64,000 nt of DNA from an uncultured Gammaproteobacteria bacterium (GTDB lineage: Bacteria > Patescibacteriota > Microgenomatia > Daviesbacterales > UBA10151): positions 24,205-88,204 of the forward strand of contig CAZJNI010000001.1 of the NCBI GenBank assembly GCA_964547465.1. The letters run 5' to 3'. The stretch's first letter is position 1. Each line of letters opens with the position of its first letter. Below the pieces are notes generated by a model. That model made no database searches and had not been told where the DNA came from. It was given only the letters and a program-made list of their open reading frames with translations. Below are positions 8,316 to 18,002 of the stretch, piece after piece. A program made the translations under genes and the position numbers.

Positions 8316-10214
8316 ATGTTTAAGAAATTTATAATGTACAATTTACAATGTACAATTAAGCTTATTTTACTGCTTTTTACTTTTTACTTTTTACATTTTA
8401 CATTTTACATTACTCCAGTTCATGCCCAATCTGCCAGCCCCAGTGCAAACCAGTTACCAGTTACCAGTTACCAGTTACCTACTACTGTCTCCCCTACTTC
8501 TCCGCTTTTTACTGATCTTTTATTAAATAATATGTTTCACAGCTTTTCCTGTTTAGCCATTGGCTCATCTTTCATTGGCCAGCCTTGTTTAACTTATAAA
8601 ATCACCCAAAATGCCCAGGGGGCAATCCAATCCATTCCAGTTCTCTCTCAAACTAATCTCTCCGGAGGAGCGCTGGGGGCTACCACCTCCCTCATAGGCA
8701 TGCTCTACGTAAATCCGCCTGTCAGGACAGCAGATTATTTAGCATCAGTTGGTCAAGGATTAGGAATTGTTAAAGAAGCCCATGCCCAGGTTGGAGGGTC
8801 AGGAGCAGGAGTATTGAGCCCGATCCTATCCCTTTGGCAAGTCTCCAGAAATATTTCTTATCTGATTATGATTATAATTTTTGTAATTATTGGCTTAATG
8901 GTGATGTTCAGACAAAGGATAAATCCCCAAACAGTCATCACCGCCCAGGCAGCGCTTCCGGGTTTGGTGATTGGTCTAATCCTAATAACTTTTTCCTACT
9001 TTTTAGCAGGATTGGTAGCAGATACTGCATTTGTAGGAACAAATTTGGTTGGGGCTTATTTTTCCGCAGTCAGGGGGGAAACAAATACCCCTCAAAATTT
9101 AGTGCAGGATTTAGATACCCTAGATCCTAATACCGGTCGCAAACCAAACCTGATCAGTATTTTTAGCAAATTTGCAGTTGTTGCTAATAAAGAGAAAGTT
9201 ACTGATGTAATAAATTCTTTCTGGGATGATATTAATAATGATGCACAACGCCTTTTGGTAACACTGGCAACCTTTGTTACCGTACAGGTAGCTGGTCAGG
9301 CTACAGAATTTCTTAAACTTGTCCCTAGATTCGGCGAAGGTATAATTGCAACGATACAAGCTGTGGTCGCTCTTAATACTATTACAGGGCCTATAGGGCC
9401 CCAGGCCGTAGTAGGTGCTCTTTTTGCTTTAGTTGTTACAGCCATATTATTATATGCCATGTTTAAACTGTTAATGCGCTTGGTCAATGTTTATTTAACC
9501 ATCATATTTTTAACAATAACGGCTCCTTTCCAATTCTTAGCAGCTGCTTTACCGGGAAGACAGGGAATTGCTACCAATTGGATATTAAGCATGCTTGGAA
9601 ATATCTTGGCATTCCCGGCTGTTTTAGCTGTTTTTTATTTTGTGGCTTTTATTTTAGGTCCTGCAAATAGTCCACACCCATTTATAGTATCTGATTCAGG
9701 TGGAACAACAACTATAGTCAATAATGGTTTAGTCTCCACAGTGAAAGCTGATGGCCCTGTTGAGATTACAGGGCCTAATACTTTTCCTCTTTTTGGGGGA
9801 ATGGGTGTAGATTTTATTAAACTACTTTTGGCTTTCGGGGCATTGGTTGCAACCCCAGCAATCCCGGATATAATTGCCAGAACTGTTGGCAGTGCAAGCC
9901 AGGCAGGGCAATTGATCGGCCAGGAAATCGGTGGAAGCATTGCCGCCGGCAGAGGCTACGGCGGGCAATTACAGCAGGGGGTAGGGGCAGCCAGTGGAAA
10001 TCTTGCCAGAGCCAGAGCATTGTTTAGCACACCAGGACATAGAGTTAATGAATATGGTGAGGTTGTAGAAACATATGCACCTGGTACAGGTGGTCAAATG
10101 GGATCTATTGCTAAAAGCGGGAATATATTCGCTCGTACTATTAGAAGAATCAGTGGCGGACGTATCGGAGGAGTCCCCGAAGCAGAAAAATTCAAAAGTA
10201 CATCTACATCATAG
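8316..10214 (+). CDS. Polytopic membrane protein, VirB6/TrbL-like
   Basis: Signal peptide (TPVHA|Q), at least 6 transmembrane segments, Gly/Ala/Ser-rich C-terminal tail; positioned after the pilin array. Confidence 0.45.
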   Translation: MFKKFIMYNLQCTIKLILLLFTFYFLHFTFYITPVHAQSASPSANQLPVTSYQLPTTVSPTSPLFTDLLLNNMFHSFSCLAIGSSFIGQPCLTYKITQNAQGAIQSIPVLSQTNLSGGALGATTSLIGMLYVNPPVRTADYLASVGQGLGIVKEAHAQVGGSGAGVLSPILSLWQVSRNISYLIMIIIFVIIGLMVMFRQRINPQTVITAQAALPGLVIGLILITFSYFLAGLVADTAFVGTNLVGAYFSAVRGETNTPQNLVQDLDTLDPNTGRKPNLISIFSKFAVVANKEKVTDVINSFWDDINNDAQRLLVTLATFVTVQVAGQATEFLKLVPRFGEGIIATIQAVVALNTITGPIGPQAVVGALFALVVTAILLYAMFKLLMRLVNVYLTIIFLTITAPFQFLAAALPGRQGIATNWILSMLGNILAFPAVLAVFYFVAFILGPANSPHPFIVSDSGGTTTIVNNGLVSTVKADGPVEITGPNTFPLFGGMGVDFIKLLLAFGALVATPAIPDIIARTVGSASQAGQLIGQEIGGSIAAGRGYGGQLQQGVGAASGNLARARALFSTPGHRVNEYGEVVETYAPGTGGQMGSIAKSGNIFARTIRRISGGRIGGVPEAEKFKSTSTS

Positions 10215-13200
10215 TACCATCTTATTAAATATCCAGTCAGACCACGTGCTGCCATCGTAGAATTTTACAGTCTCATCCTTCTTTGCTACTTCAAGCTTAC
10301 CCTTATCATTATTATAATACAATTCTCCTTTTTTAATTATTTTTAAATAGTAATAAGGCTCTAGAAGGAATTTGTAGTAAGGTTCTTCAGATGGATAAAT
10401 CTCCGCTCCCCCTCCAGGTCCATGATCCAACAACCATTCCACATAAGCATCCCAAAACATTCTGGCTATATGTCTTGAAGAACCAGTATTCCTGTCTGTA
10501 TTTATAGCCGGATTATATCTGCCGTCCGGTAAAAAGACATCTGTCTTTCTCAAATCCAACGCCCCTTGCGAATTTCTATTCTCCGAGTACATTGTCCTGA
10601 TTTGCTTTAATGTATCCCATTGCCTACCAAAAGTCTCTATTATCAGATAAAAAGCATCATTTTCAAGTTTCGGATCAGATCTAGATTGATGCAATAGAGT
10701 TCTAATAGCCACTAATTTATCAGAATTATTAAGTGGTTTAAAAAATAAACCTTCATGAGGAAGCCCTGTCTTAGGATCAGTACCCCCAACTAGTAAAAAA
10801 TATAATTGATTGCCGGCATCCATCAAATTAATAAATTTAGTAATACCAAACTGACCAAGTTGTCTTTGGCCGCTTATTTTACCAATTTGATCGTCCATCA
10901 TTGAAACAGCTCCTGTTACTCCTTTACGCCCTAAGTTACCAGCCATGGTATCAGCATACATTGGTGTAGCACCCAGTGCGGCAGCAAATCTTCTGTCAAA
11001 TCTTTTTTGCATTTTGGCAACTAAGTTTTCAATCATCAAAGTGAACCTGCTGTCTCCTCCCTTATCTTCAGTGTAATATCCTGCCTGCATATACTCCGGG
11101 TTCCCATCTGCAGGCAAGAATCTCTGGCTCAAGGCTTTTTTTACCTCAACCCAACTCAATAATGATTCTTCAACTGCAGCATCAAAAACAATATATTCTA
11201 TACCCATTTGATCACCGGGAAATGATCTAACATTACTAAGAGTGGGGTCTAAAGTAAGAAGTAAGCCAGCCAAACTATCTGCATCCTCAAATCGTAACCT
11301 TCCCTCCCTTATTTGTCTTGCCTGTTCAAATACATATTTAGGTACAAGAGTATGAGTATTATTATTTTGATAGGCCCAATAAGTATGAGTAGTATGCAAA
11401 GCTAAGTAACTGCCAACAGCTTTATCAAAATCCAAATGAACCTCTTCCACGTCTTCTACAACCATTTTGCCTGTTTGTGGATCAATTTCCCCTCTGGGTT
11501 GTCTTAACATCATAGGTTGTACTCTTCCTAAAGCCTCAACAGTTATCTCTTTCTTTTTTACATCAAAAGCTGTTGCTTTAAAGTCAGTAAAGTTAAATTT
11601 TGCTTCAAATCCCTTAGTCGCAATTTGCTCAACAGCCATATCCCTAGCCTTCTCAACCATAGCATCCCTGAAAACAGCTCTAAAGTTAGGATATCTGAAG
11701 TTACCTTTGGCATCTTTTGCCTGCACAAATAACTTCAAATCATCTCTGTCCCAAATATTGGAATCGTCTGCATATCTCATCTTTGTCCAATTTACAACTG
11801 CCTGAACAGCTTTTATAGCCAAATGGGTAGGAATTTGGTCAGCATAATTTTCTTTTTCTTTGTCACTTAAACCTTGATAAATTCTCAGCTCAGCTGGATC
11901 TAAAGTATCAACTCTTTTACCCTTTACTATCTCATTCAAAATCCAGCCTACATGTTGCTCCCTTGTCCATTTATTCTTCCTTTCGTCAGGTGATAGTTCA
12001 GAATCCTTATTTTCTCTAACCTTCAGATATTCTAAAATAAAAGGATTTTTATGTACAAAATATATCCCTCCACCTCTGATTGCTTCTTCCCGCATAGCAA
12101 TTTGCATTTGCATAGCAAGTGCAAAGCTGGATTTTGAACTCTCATATGTTTCTTTATACAATTTTCTATCCTCATCACTAATTGTTTTTAAGTCTACTAA
12201 TTTATCAATTAGTACCTCATTCCTCTTTAAAATAACTTCTCCTTGTCTAACTCGCCCGCGGAGGTCAATAATTGCTTGCTGAATTCTACCTAAAGCAACA
12301 GATTCTCTTAAACCTGACGGCAACTGATCTTCAGACAATTGCGTCAATATTTGATAATTTCTAAACATTTGATAATTTCTTAAATGAGCATCTCCTTTAA
12401 TAAAACCGTTCTCATCTCTACCCATTCCTTCATATAAGCTCCTGAATGCTTCTTCAGACTGATGGATACCTATCCGCTCCTGGTTCTCTCTTAAAAGTCT
12501 TCTTGACTCAATATATAAATTCTGATCTTCCTCACTTAGAACTTGTAAATTATTTCCGTTTCTTCTCAATTGAGTTTCAATGGCCTCTAAAAGACGCGCT
12601 CTCTCGTAACGAAACTCCGGATTTGAATATGCAGCCTCATCGCGGTTATCATAATCTTTTAGCACAACACCCATCCCTCTTTCTATAATCTTTCCTTCAA
12701 TCCACATCCTGAAATAATTTTGTATATCCGAACGCCTACCTAATTGTCCTCTTGAGCCTTGGGCATTATAGGCAAGTTCAACCAACGGATCATAATCTAG
12801 TGTAAATTCATATTCTCCGGTTTCTCCTCTTCTTGACCTAAGAGCTCTAACATGCCTTTGGGGGCCTTCATGCAAAGCCAATGCCATCTCACCTTGTTTG
12901 GCTCCATCTTTATTATAATTCTCGATGTTATAGGCGATATGCCAGAAAAAGCCTTCTCCTTCAAATTCCTGTCTTAATTCTTCTGCAAATTCTAGAGTCA
13001 TTTTGTCCGGTCCTTCAGGCCAATTCTTTTGTTGTATTGCCAAATCAGTTGCGTTCCTACTCATCACTTTTTTAAAATTTATCAAATTTTGTATTAACTC
13101 ATTAGGATCATAACCTAGGGCATGAGTAAAAAGCATCTGCAGAAAAGATTCCTTGGCTATAATAAATTGGGCAGGAGTTTTAGCGTTAACTGTATAATAA

Positions 13201-14402
13201 TCCGGATAACCTGCATAAGGTTCCCAGTAAGTTTCTTTTATTGCTCCTTGAGTCTGTTCTATAGGAAGAACCCATTCACCTCTTCGTTCAGGAGACTGCG
13301 GTTCTCCATTAAGTAAACTCTCAAACCTTATTCTGGCCCACCTTAGATAAGGCACCCATACATTATCCAGTCTAGGATTAACTTCTGGATCACTCATTCT
13401 AGCGATGAAAGCATCTTCCCCAGTTATATATGCTAAGGGTCTATCATTACCAGCAGTAACTTCTGTTGCTTGGTATAAAAGCTCCCTAGCTTGAGAAGGA
13501 GAAATAGTACCTCCAGCATATCTTAGATAAATTGAATTTAATCTATCATCTACACCTTTTAAAAGACCCTTCCTTTTTGCTTCATTGAAATATTTCAATA
13601 ACTCCTCTTCTATCTGAGGAATTTCAGCAGCCGGAGTAGTCCTATCACGATATCTTCTTTGAATCAACTCATCTAAGGATCTAACACCTGTAAAATCTTC
13701 TGGAGGAATTTGACTTTCTTGACTAGCTAGTTGAATAAGCTTATCAGCTCTCTCTTTATAAGATTTTTTAATTGCATCAATTAAGGGTTCATCAGGTTCA
13801 GGAATTACGTCCGGATGGGCTTCCTTAAGATTAAAAGAACTTCTATAGTATCTATTTTCTTCAAGTCCATCTACATATTCTATTAATTCCTCATATAAAC
13901 CATTTAAAATTGGCTCATTTTCTTCATTATATCTAACCTCATAAGGAAGTATAGTTTCCATGAAAGCAATCCGCTCCATCAACAATTCACCTCTTTCCGG
14001 ACTAGTCAACCATTCTGGCCCTCTTGCTGGAGGCTCCCTGTCCCCTCCACCCCCCCCTCTATCTACTCCATCTGGGGGTAATGTACTACCTTCTTCCAAT
14101 TCCATTCTGTCTTGTACTCCAACTTGAGTTTGATTTTGAGAAGTGGAAGGGGCTTGCGTATTCTGGGGTTGCTCTTCTGGATTTAAAATTTCAGTAATTT
14201 GAGGTTGCTGGTCTAAAACTAGTGGCTTGGTTTCTCCACCTACAATTTTCCTCCAAAAACTCGGACCCTTTGACTGCTCTTCTTTACCAGCTATAACTAC
14301 ATTTGGCTGATCAGACGGTTTTTCAGCCACAGCAGTTACCCCTTGTGGGGTTTGTGGTGGACCTCCTTCTTGTTGTTCTCCTGCCATAAGTCTTTCTGCC
14401 AT
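10209..14402 (-). CDS. 1397-aa hypothetical cytoplasmic protein with no recognisable domains
   Basis: Long uninterrupted ORF; Arg/Glu-rich; no signal peptide or transmembrane segment; no ATPase motifs seen. Confidence 0.55.
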   Translation of the reverse strand: MAERLMAGEQQEGGPPQTPQGVTAVAEKPSDQPNVVIAGKEEQSKGPSFWRKIVGGETKPLVLDQQPQITEILNPEEQPQNTQAPSTSQNQTQVGVQDRMELEEGSTLPPDGVDRGGGGGDREPPARGPEWLTSPERGELLMERIAFMETILPYEVRYNEENEPILNGLYEELIEYVDGLEENRYYRSSFNLKEAHPDVIPEPDEPLIDAIKKSYKERADKLIQLASQESQIPPEDFTGVRSLDELIQRRYRDRTTPAAEIPQIEEELLKYFNEAKRKGLLKGVDDRLNSIYLRYAGGTISPSQARELLYQATEVTAGNDRPLAYITGEDAFIARMSDPEVNPRLDNVWVPYLRWARIRFESLLNGEPQSPERRGEWVLPIEQTQGAIKETYWEPYAGYPDYYTVNAKTPAQFIIAKESFLQMLFTHALGYDPNELIQNLINFKKVMSRNATDLAIQQKNWPEGPDKMTLEFAEELRQEFEGEGFFWHIAYNIENYNKDGAKQGEMALALHEGPQRHVRALRSRRGETGEYEFTLDYDPLVELAYNAQGSRGQLGRRSDIQNYFRMWIEGKIIERGMGVVLKDYDNRDEAAYSNPEFRYERARLLEAIETQLRRNGNNLQVLSEEDQNLYIESRRLLRENQERIGIHQSEEAFRSLYEGMGRDENGFIKGDAHLRNYQMFRNYQILTQLSEDQLPSGLRESVALGRIQQAIIDLRGRVRQGEVILKRNEVLIDKLVDLKTISDEDRKLYKETYESSKSSFALAMQMQIAMREEAIRGGGIYFVHKNPFILEYLKVRENKDSELSPDERKNKWTREQHVGWILNEIVKGKRVDTLDPAELRIYQGLSDKEKENYADQIPTHLAIKAVQAVVNWTKMRYADDSNIWDRDDLKLFVQAKDAKGNFRYPNFRAVFRDAMVEKARDMAVEQIATKGFEAKFNFTDFKATAFDVKKKEITVEALGRVQPMMLRQPRGEIDPQTGKMVVEDVEEVHLDFDKAVGSYLALHTTHTYWAYQNNNTHTLVPKYVFEQARQIREGRLRFEDADSLAGLLLTLDPTLSNVRSFPGDQMGIEYIVFDAAVEESLLSWVEVKKALSQRFLPADGNPEYMQAGYYTEDKGGDSRFTLMIENLVAKMQKRFDRRFAAALGATPMYADTMAGNLGRKGVTGAVSMMDDQIGKISGQRQLGQFGITKFINLMDAGNQLYFLLVGGTDPKTGLPHEGLFFKPLNNSDKLVAIRTLLHQSRSDPKLENDAFYLIIETFGRQWDTLKQIRTMYSENRNSQGALDLRKTDVFLPDGRYNPAINTDRNTGSSRHIARMFWDAYVEWLLDHGPGGGAEIYPSEEPYYKFLLEPYYYLKIIKKGELYYNNDKGKLEVAKKDETVKFYDGSTWSDWIFNKMVL

Positions 14403-14521
14403 GATAGTTTGTAGTTGGTAGTTAGTAGTATGTAGTTTGCAACAAACTACGAACTCGAAAACTCTATGGCTAATTCCAGTGTAGAGCTTCGGTTAACTAA
14501 CTGTCAACTTTCCTTTCTGCG

Positions 14522-14584
14522 GTAAGTTTACAGTGAGCGAAGTTAAACTGCTTGATTTATTCCTTACAAAATCCTGACGGAATT
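14522..14584. repeat. Cassette boundary repeat A, copy 1
   Basis: GTAAGTTTACAGTGAGCGAAGTTAAACTGCTTGATTTATTCCTTACAAAATCCTGACGGAATT; near-identical at 16688-16749, partial at 15987-16022. Confidence 0.8.
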
Positions 14585-14598
14585 GAGGGTAAAAATTG

Positions 14599-15756
14599 CT
14601 AAAGTTGAAAACCGTAAATGGTCTTAATATCAGAATACTCAAATGAAACCATATTACTTACCTTTAATTTAAGCTCTTTAACTAATCTCTGCAGTCTTGA
14701 TTTATCAAAAACAGTAGCTTTTGTTTTAACTTCATAAGCTATCTGTTTGTTAAGAATAAAATCTATCTCCACCCCACTTTTACGCTGATAGTAGTTTATA
14801 CCTCCTTTAGCACGTAACTGATTATAAACTGTATTTTCAAAAAGACTGCCAAAAGGAATATTTTGTATGTTGTTAACTAAACCACTGTCACAAAGATATA
14901 CCTTTTTTGCCGATCTTATTTCCGTATCTTTATTTGTGGAGTATGGCAAGATAAGCGATATAAAATACGTCCCCTCCAAAAAGGCAAGATATTCCGTCAA
15001 TGTTACTCTGGTTATACCTAATTCAGTAGATAATTTTTGCACGTCAATTTTGCTGCCTACCCTACTTATTAGCAGGAGTATTAAATCTCTAACCGCCTGA
15101 TTATTTCTAAATCCCCCGATGTTTAAAACCTCTTTATTAAAATAAGCACTAAATATATCCATTAGGGCTTCGCGCTTCTCCTCTATTGATGTTTTTATAA
15201 CTACGCCTGGAAAACCACCAAACTCAATATATTCTTTGTACAATGGAATTATTATCTGATAAATAGAATCAGAAATCTTTTCAGGGATAATAATTTTACT
15301 TTCTTTAAGAAGCAAAAATTCTTCAAAATCCAAAGGAAATAATTCGTAAATTATTTTTCTGCCAGCAAGAGATTCGGAAAATAAATTTTTAAGATAAAAA
15401 CTACTTGAACCTGTAAGAAAAAACTTAATCTGATAATGATCGATCAGATATTTAACTACAGATGGTAAGTTTGAAACATTTTGTATTTCGTCTAAAAATA
15501 TATAGGCTTTTTGAGATAAATCTATACCTAAAGTCTGGAATTTATATTTAATTGCCTCATAATTTACTTCTTCAAAGTACTTTTGGTTAACAGGATTTTC
15601 CAAATCAAGAAAAATTTTATTATCACTCTTTATAGAATCATGTACTTGCTTCAGCAATATTGTTTTACCAACTCTACGCATACCAGTCACCACAATCGCT
15701 TCCGGCGCATCTATTCTGGAGGTAATTTGCTTAAATAATTTCCTTCTCACAATCAC
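14599..15756 (-). CDS. AAA+ ATPase (AAA_14/DUF4143-type), paralog-like of the 1687 gene
   Basis: Walker A GMRRVGKT, Walker B IFLDEIQ. Confidence 0.7.
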   Translation of the reverse strand: MIVRRKLFKQITSRIDAPEAIVVTGMRRVGKTILLKQVHDSIKSDNKIFLDLENPVNQKYFEEVNYEAIKYKFQTLGIDLSQKAYIFLDEIQNVSNLPSVVKYLIDHYQIKFFLTGSSSFYLKNLFSESLAGRKIIYELFPLDFEEFLLLKESKIIIPEKISDSIYQIIIPLYKEYIEFGGFPGVVIKTSIEEKREALMDIFSAYFNKEVLNIGGFRNNQAVRDLILLLISRVGSKIDVQKLSTELGITRVTLTEYLAFLEGTYFISLILPYSTNKDTEIRSAKKVYLCDSGLVNNIQNIPFGSLFENTVYNQLRAKGGINYYQRKSGVEIDFILNKQIAYEVKTKATVFDKSRLQRLVKELKLKVSNMVSFEYSDIKTIYGFQL

Positions 15757-15851
15757 TAATATACATTAAGTATTACTTTTTGTCAAGTACTAGTATCAAA
15801 CTCGTTTGTTGATCTGCCATAAGTCTTTCTGCCATGTATTCCTTTCTCTGG

Positions 15852-15890
15852 AAAATTCCATGGCCTGCTTTCAGCATAGAATTTCCCAAA
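15852..15890. repeat. Cassette boundary repeat B, copy 1
   Basis: AAAATTCCATGGCCTGCTTTCAGCATAGAATTTCCCAAA; copies at 17509-17564 and 18404-18441, which extend with AAATCCTGACGGGATT shared with repeat A. Confidence 0.8.
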
Positions 15891-15986
15891 CTTTGTGTCA
15901 AATTTTTTTAATGTGTCATGAGTCATGTGTCAGGTATCATGCCAAGACCATGACACTTGATACATGATACTTGATACACTACAAGT

Positions 15987-16022
15987 TGCTTGATTTATTC
16001 CTTACAAAATCCTGACGGAATT
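15987..16022. repeat. Repeat A, partial copy
   Basis: TGCTTGATTTATTCCTTACAAAATCCTGACGGAATT, abutting the stop codon of the PIN gene. Confidence 0.75.
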
Positions 16023-16395
16023 ATGCCTGAATTAAGGAGAGATCATACTTCCAGATCTTTTCGTCAGATGTTATGAGAGTTAAATTTTCTACTTTTGTCT
16101 GGGATATTAAAATCCTATCAAATGGGTCTTTATGAATACCAGGTAATTTCTCAACTTCCAATACATGATTAATATCTATGGAAAGTAGAACAAAGTTACT
16201 TTTTTTAATTCCTCCTAGGATATCTTTTGGGATTTTTAAACCTTTTCTCTTTTTAATAATGATCTCCCAAATAGTTGTAACACTAACAAATATTTCGTTG
16301 TTTGGATCAGAAATTTTACTTTTAATATCTCGGGGTAATCTTTTATTTTCCTCCATAGCCCAAATAAAAACATGGGTATCTAAGAGATAGCGCAT
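16021..16395 (-). CDS. vapC: PIN-domain toxin (VapC-like)
   Basis: MRYLLDTHVFIW..., PIN acidic residues. Confidence 0.75.
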   Translation of the reverse strand: MRYLLDTHVFIWAMEENKRLPRDIKSKISDPNNEIFVSVTTIWEIIIKKRKGLKIPKDILGGIKKSNFVLLSIDINHVLEVEKLPGIHKDPFDRILISQTKVENLTLITSDEKIWKYDLSLIQA

Positions 16396-16635
16396 TTAAA
16401 TGTCACCTTCATAGAAGAGCTTATTGATCTCTTCATCCTCATCATCAAAATTATCTGGAATAAAAACCTTTCCTTTCCACAGCCCCAGTTTGCGTGGCTT
16501 AAGCTTTTCTTTATAAAAAGAAAGTTTGGCCACTGGTTTACCTGCCTTGGCGATAATAACCTCCTCACCATTTAAGGTTTTCTCAATTAACTTAGATAAA
16601 TTTGTTTTTGCATCATGAATATTCACAACTTGCAT
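16396..16635 (-). CDS. Type II antitoxin (Phd/YefM-like)
   Basis: 79-aa protein upstream of and abutting the PIN gene; AKTNLSKLIE motif. Confidence 0.55.
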   Translation of the reverse strand: MQVVNIHDAKTNLSKLIEKTLNGEEVIIAKAGKPVAKLSFYKEKLKPRKLGLWKGKVFIPDNFDDEDEEINKLFYEGDI

Positions 16636-16687
16636 ATTATTTATATAATAGCTAACTTAGCTAACTTTGTCAAGTGCAAGTCTGGGA

Positions 16688-16749
16688 TAAGTTTACAGTG
16701 AGCGAAGTTAAACTGCTTGATTTATTCCTTACAAAATCCTGACGGAATT
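16688..16749. repeat. Repeat A, copy 2
   Basis: Near-identical to 14522-14584. Confidence 0.8.
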
Positions 16750-16753
16750 AAAT

Positions 16754-17179
16754 CTAAAGTAGATTCATCTTCCGCAGAAAAGGCAAAAATGCTTCCGGCT
16801 TTACAATCTTTGCGTCTTTCCACATTTGATCTGGTAAATCTAAAAGATCTTTATCCCGGGTAATAATGTAATCAACATGGGCAGTTTCAGCCAGCTCCAG
16901 GACAAAATTATCTTTGGGGTCGCGGCAAACAATAATCTTTATTTTGGTTTTAACTGCTATACCTTTTTTCAATACTGCTTTGACCTTCTTACGTATCTCT
17001 TCACTTGAGTTAAACTCGTTTAATTTCCTAAATATTTCATTTGTTAAATCAAAGGAAATAAAAAGTTTAAGTTTATTATCAATAATAAGATCGATAATTT
17101 TCTCTACCATTCCACCAAACACAGATGCGGAGATAACCATGTTGGTATCCAGCACTATTTTAAGCATGCTTGTGGTCAT
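16754..17179 (-). CDS. PIN-domain toxin (TIGR00305-like)
   Basis: VLDTNMVIS...ITRDKDLLDL. Confidence 0.65.
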   Translation of the reverse strand: MTTSMLKIVLDTNMVISASVFGGMVEKIIDLIIDNKLKLFISFDLTNEIFRKLNEFNSSEEIRKKVKAVLKKGIAVKTKIKIIVCRDPKDNFVLELAETAHVDYIITRDKDLLDLPDQMWKDAKIVKPEAFLPFLRKMNLL

Positions 17180-17465
17180 CCAGAAAGATGTTATAAAACT
17201 GCTGTTCTGTGACCTTTTTTGGATCTAAACCTTTCTCTCTCATAAGTTTATTGCCTAATTTCTTACCCTCTTTCTTTAAATGTTCCCACGCTTCCCTGAT
17301 TTTCTGATCTTTTTCTAAAAATTCCTCTTGTTCGTTAATATACTTCTCGGACAAAGCCACTTTAATAATATCTGCTTCGGAAAGCAGCTGATACTTACTG
17401 CGTAAAAATGTCAAAACTCTATTAACATCAGGAGTTCTGGTTAATCTTATTTGTGCTTGTGACAT
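17160..17465 (-). CDS. Putative antitoxin partner
   Basis: Small ORF overlapping the PIN gene start; operon position. Confidence 0.35.
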   Translation of the reverse strand: MSQAQIRLTRTPDVNRVLTFLRSKYQLLSEADIIKVALSEKYINEQEEFLEKDQKIREAWEHLKKEGKKLGNKLMREKGLDPKKVTEQQFYNIFLDDHKHA

Positions 17466-17508
17466 ATAGTACCCATTTTAGGGTATTAAGTGTTAAGAGT
17501 CAAGGGGT

Positions 17509-17564
17509 CAAAATTCCATGGCCTGCTTTCAGCATAGAATTTCCCAAAAAATCCTGACGGGATT
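17509..17564. repeat. Repeat B, copy 2
   Basis: Sequence identity to 15852-15890 plus AAATCCTGACGGGATT. Confidence 0.8.
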
Positions 17565-17573
17565 GAGCTTGGA

Positions 17574-18002
17574 TTATTTATTTGCTCTAAGAATTCCCAT
17601 AAATTCTTCGGGGGTGATAATTTTAATCCCTTGGTATTGATTAAGGTCAAGTAAATCTCTATCTCTACTGACAATATAATCAGCTTTCCCTTCAAGCGCT
17701 GCTGAAAGAATTTTATCATCTGATGGATCTCTTACTACTTCTATTCTAAAATTACCGGTGACAGATAAACTGACTCTGGATAATCCGTTCATTATCTCCT
17801 GTAACTCTTTATCAGATCTTTTGTGGGCTTTTATCACTTTTTCTCGATGCAAAACTTCATCAAGCTCTGACAAAATTTGTGGAGAAATTACCAGTACAAA
17901 GTGATTATCTTTGCAATTTTGATAAATCTCAGCAGCTACAGACGATCCAATGTTGATAACAGCGCTAACTAAAGTATTCGTGTCTAATACTGTTCGAATC
18001 AT
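17574..18002 (-). CDS. PIN-domain toxin (TIGR00305-like), paralog of the 16754 gene
   Basis: VLDTNTLVSA...IVSRDRDLLDL. Confidence 0.65.
   Translation of the reverse strand: MIRTVLDTNTLVSAVINIGSSVAAEIYQNCKDNHFVLVISPQILSELDEVLHREKVIKAHKRSDKELQEIMNGLSRVSLSVTGNFRIEVVRDPSDDKILSAALEGKADYIVSRDRDLLDLNQYQGIKIITPEEFMGILRANK

Noticed and set aside
8834-10020. Several minus-strand and alternate-frame ORFs (8834-9130, 9120-9359, 9296-9487, 9635-9940, 9817-10020).
   Set aside because: They are embedded in the VirB6-like gene, have no RBS, and have low-complexity translations. They look like shadow ORFs.
14522-16749. Considered integron attC sites for repeat A. It contains GTTAAAC, matching the R' core GTTRRRY, and a nearby inverted AGTTTA.
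   Set aside because: The putative core sites are only ~13 nt apart, far shorter than any attC. No IntI-like integrase is visible. The resemblance is probably coincidental, so this was downgraded to an 'integron-like architecture' note.
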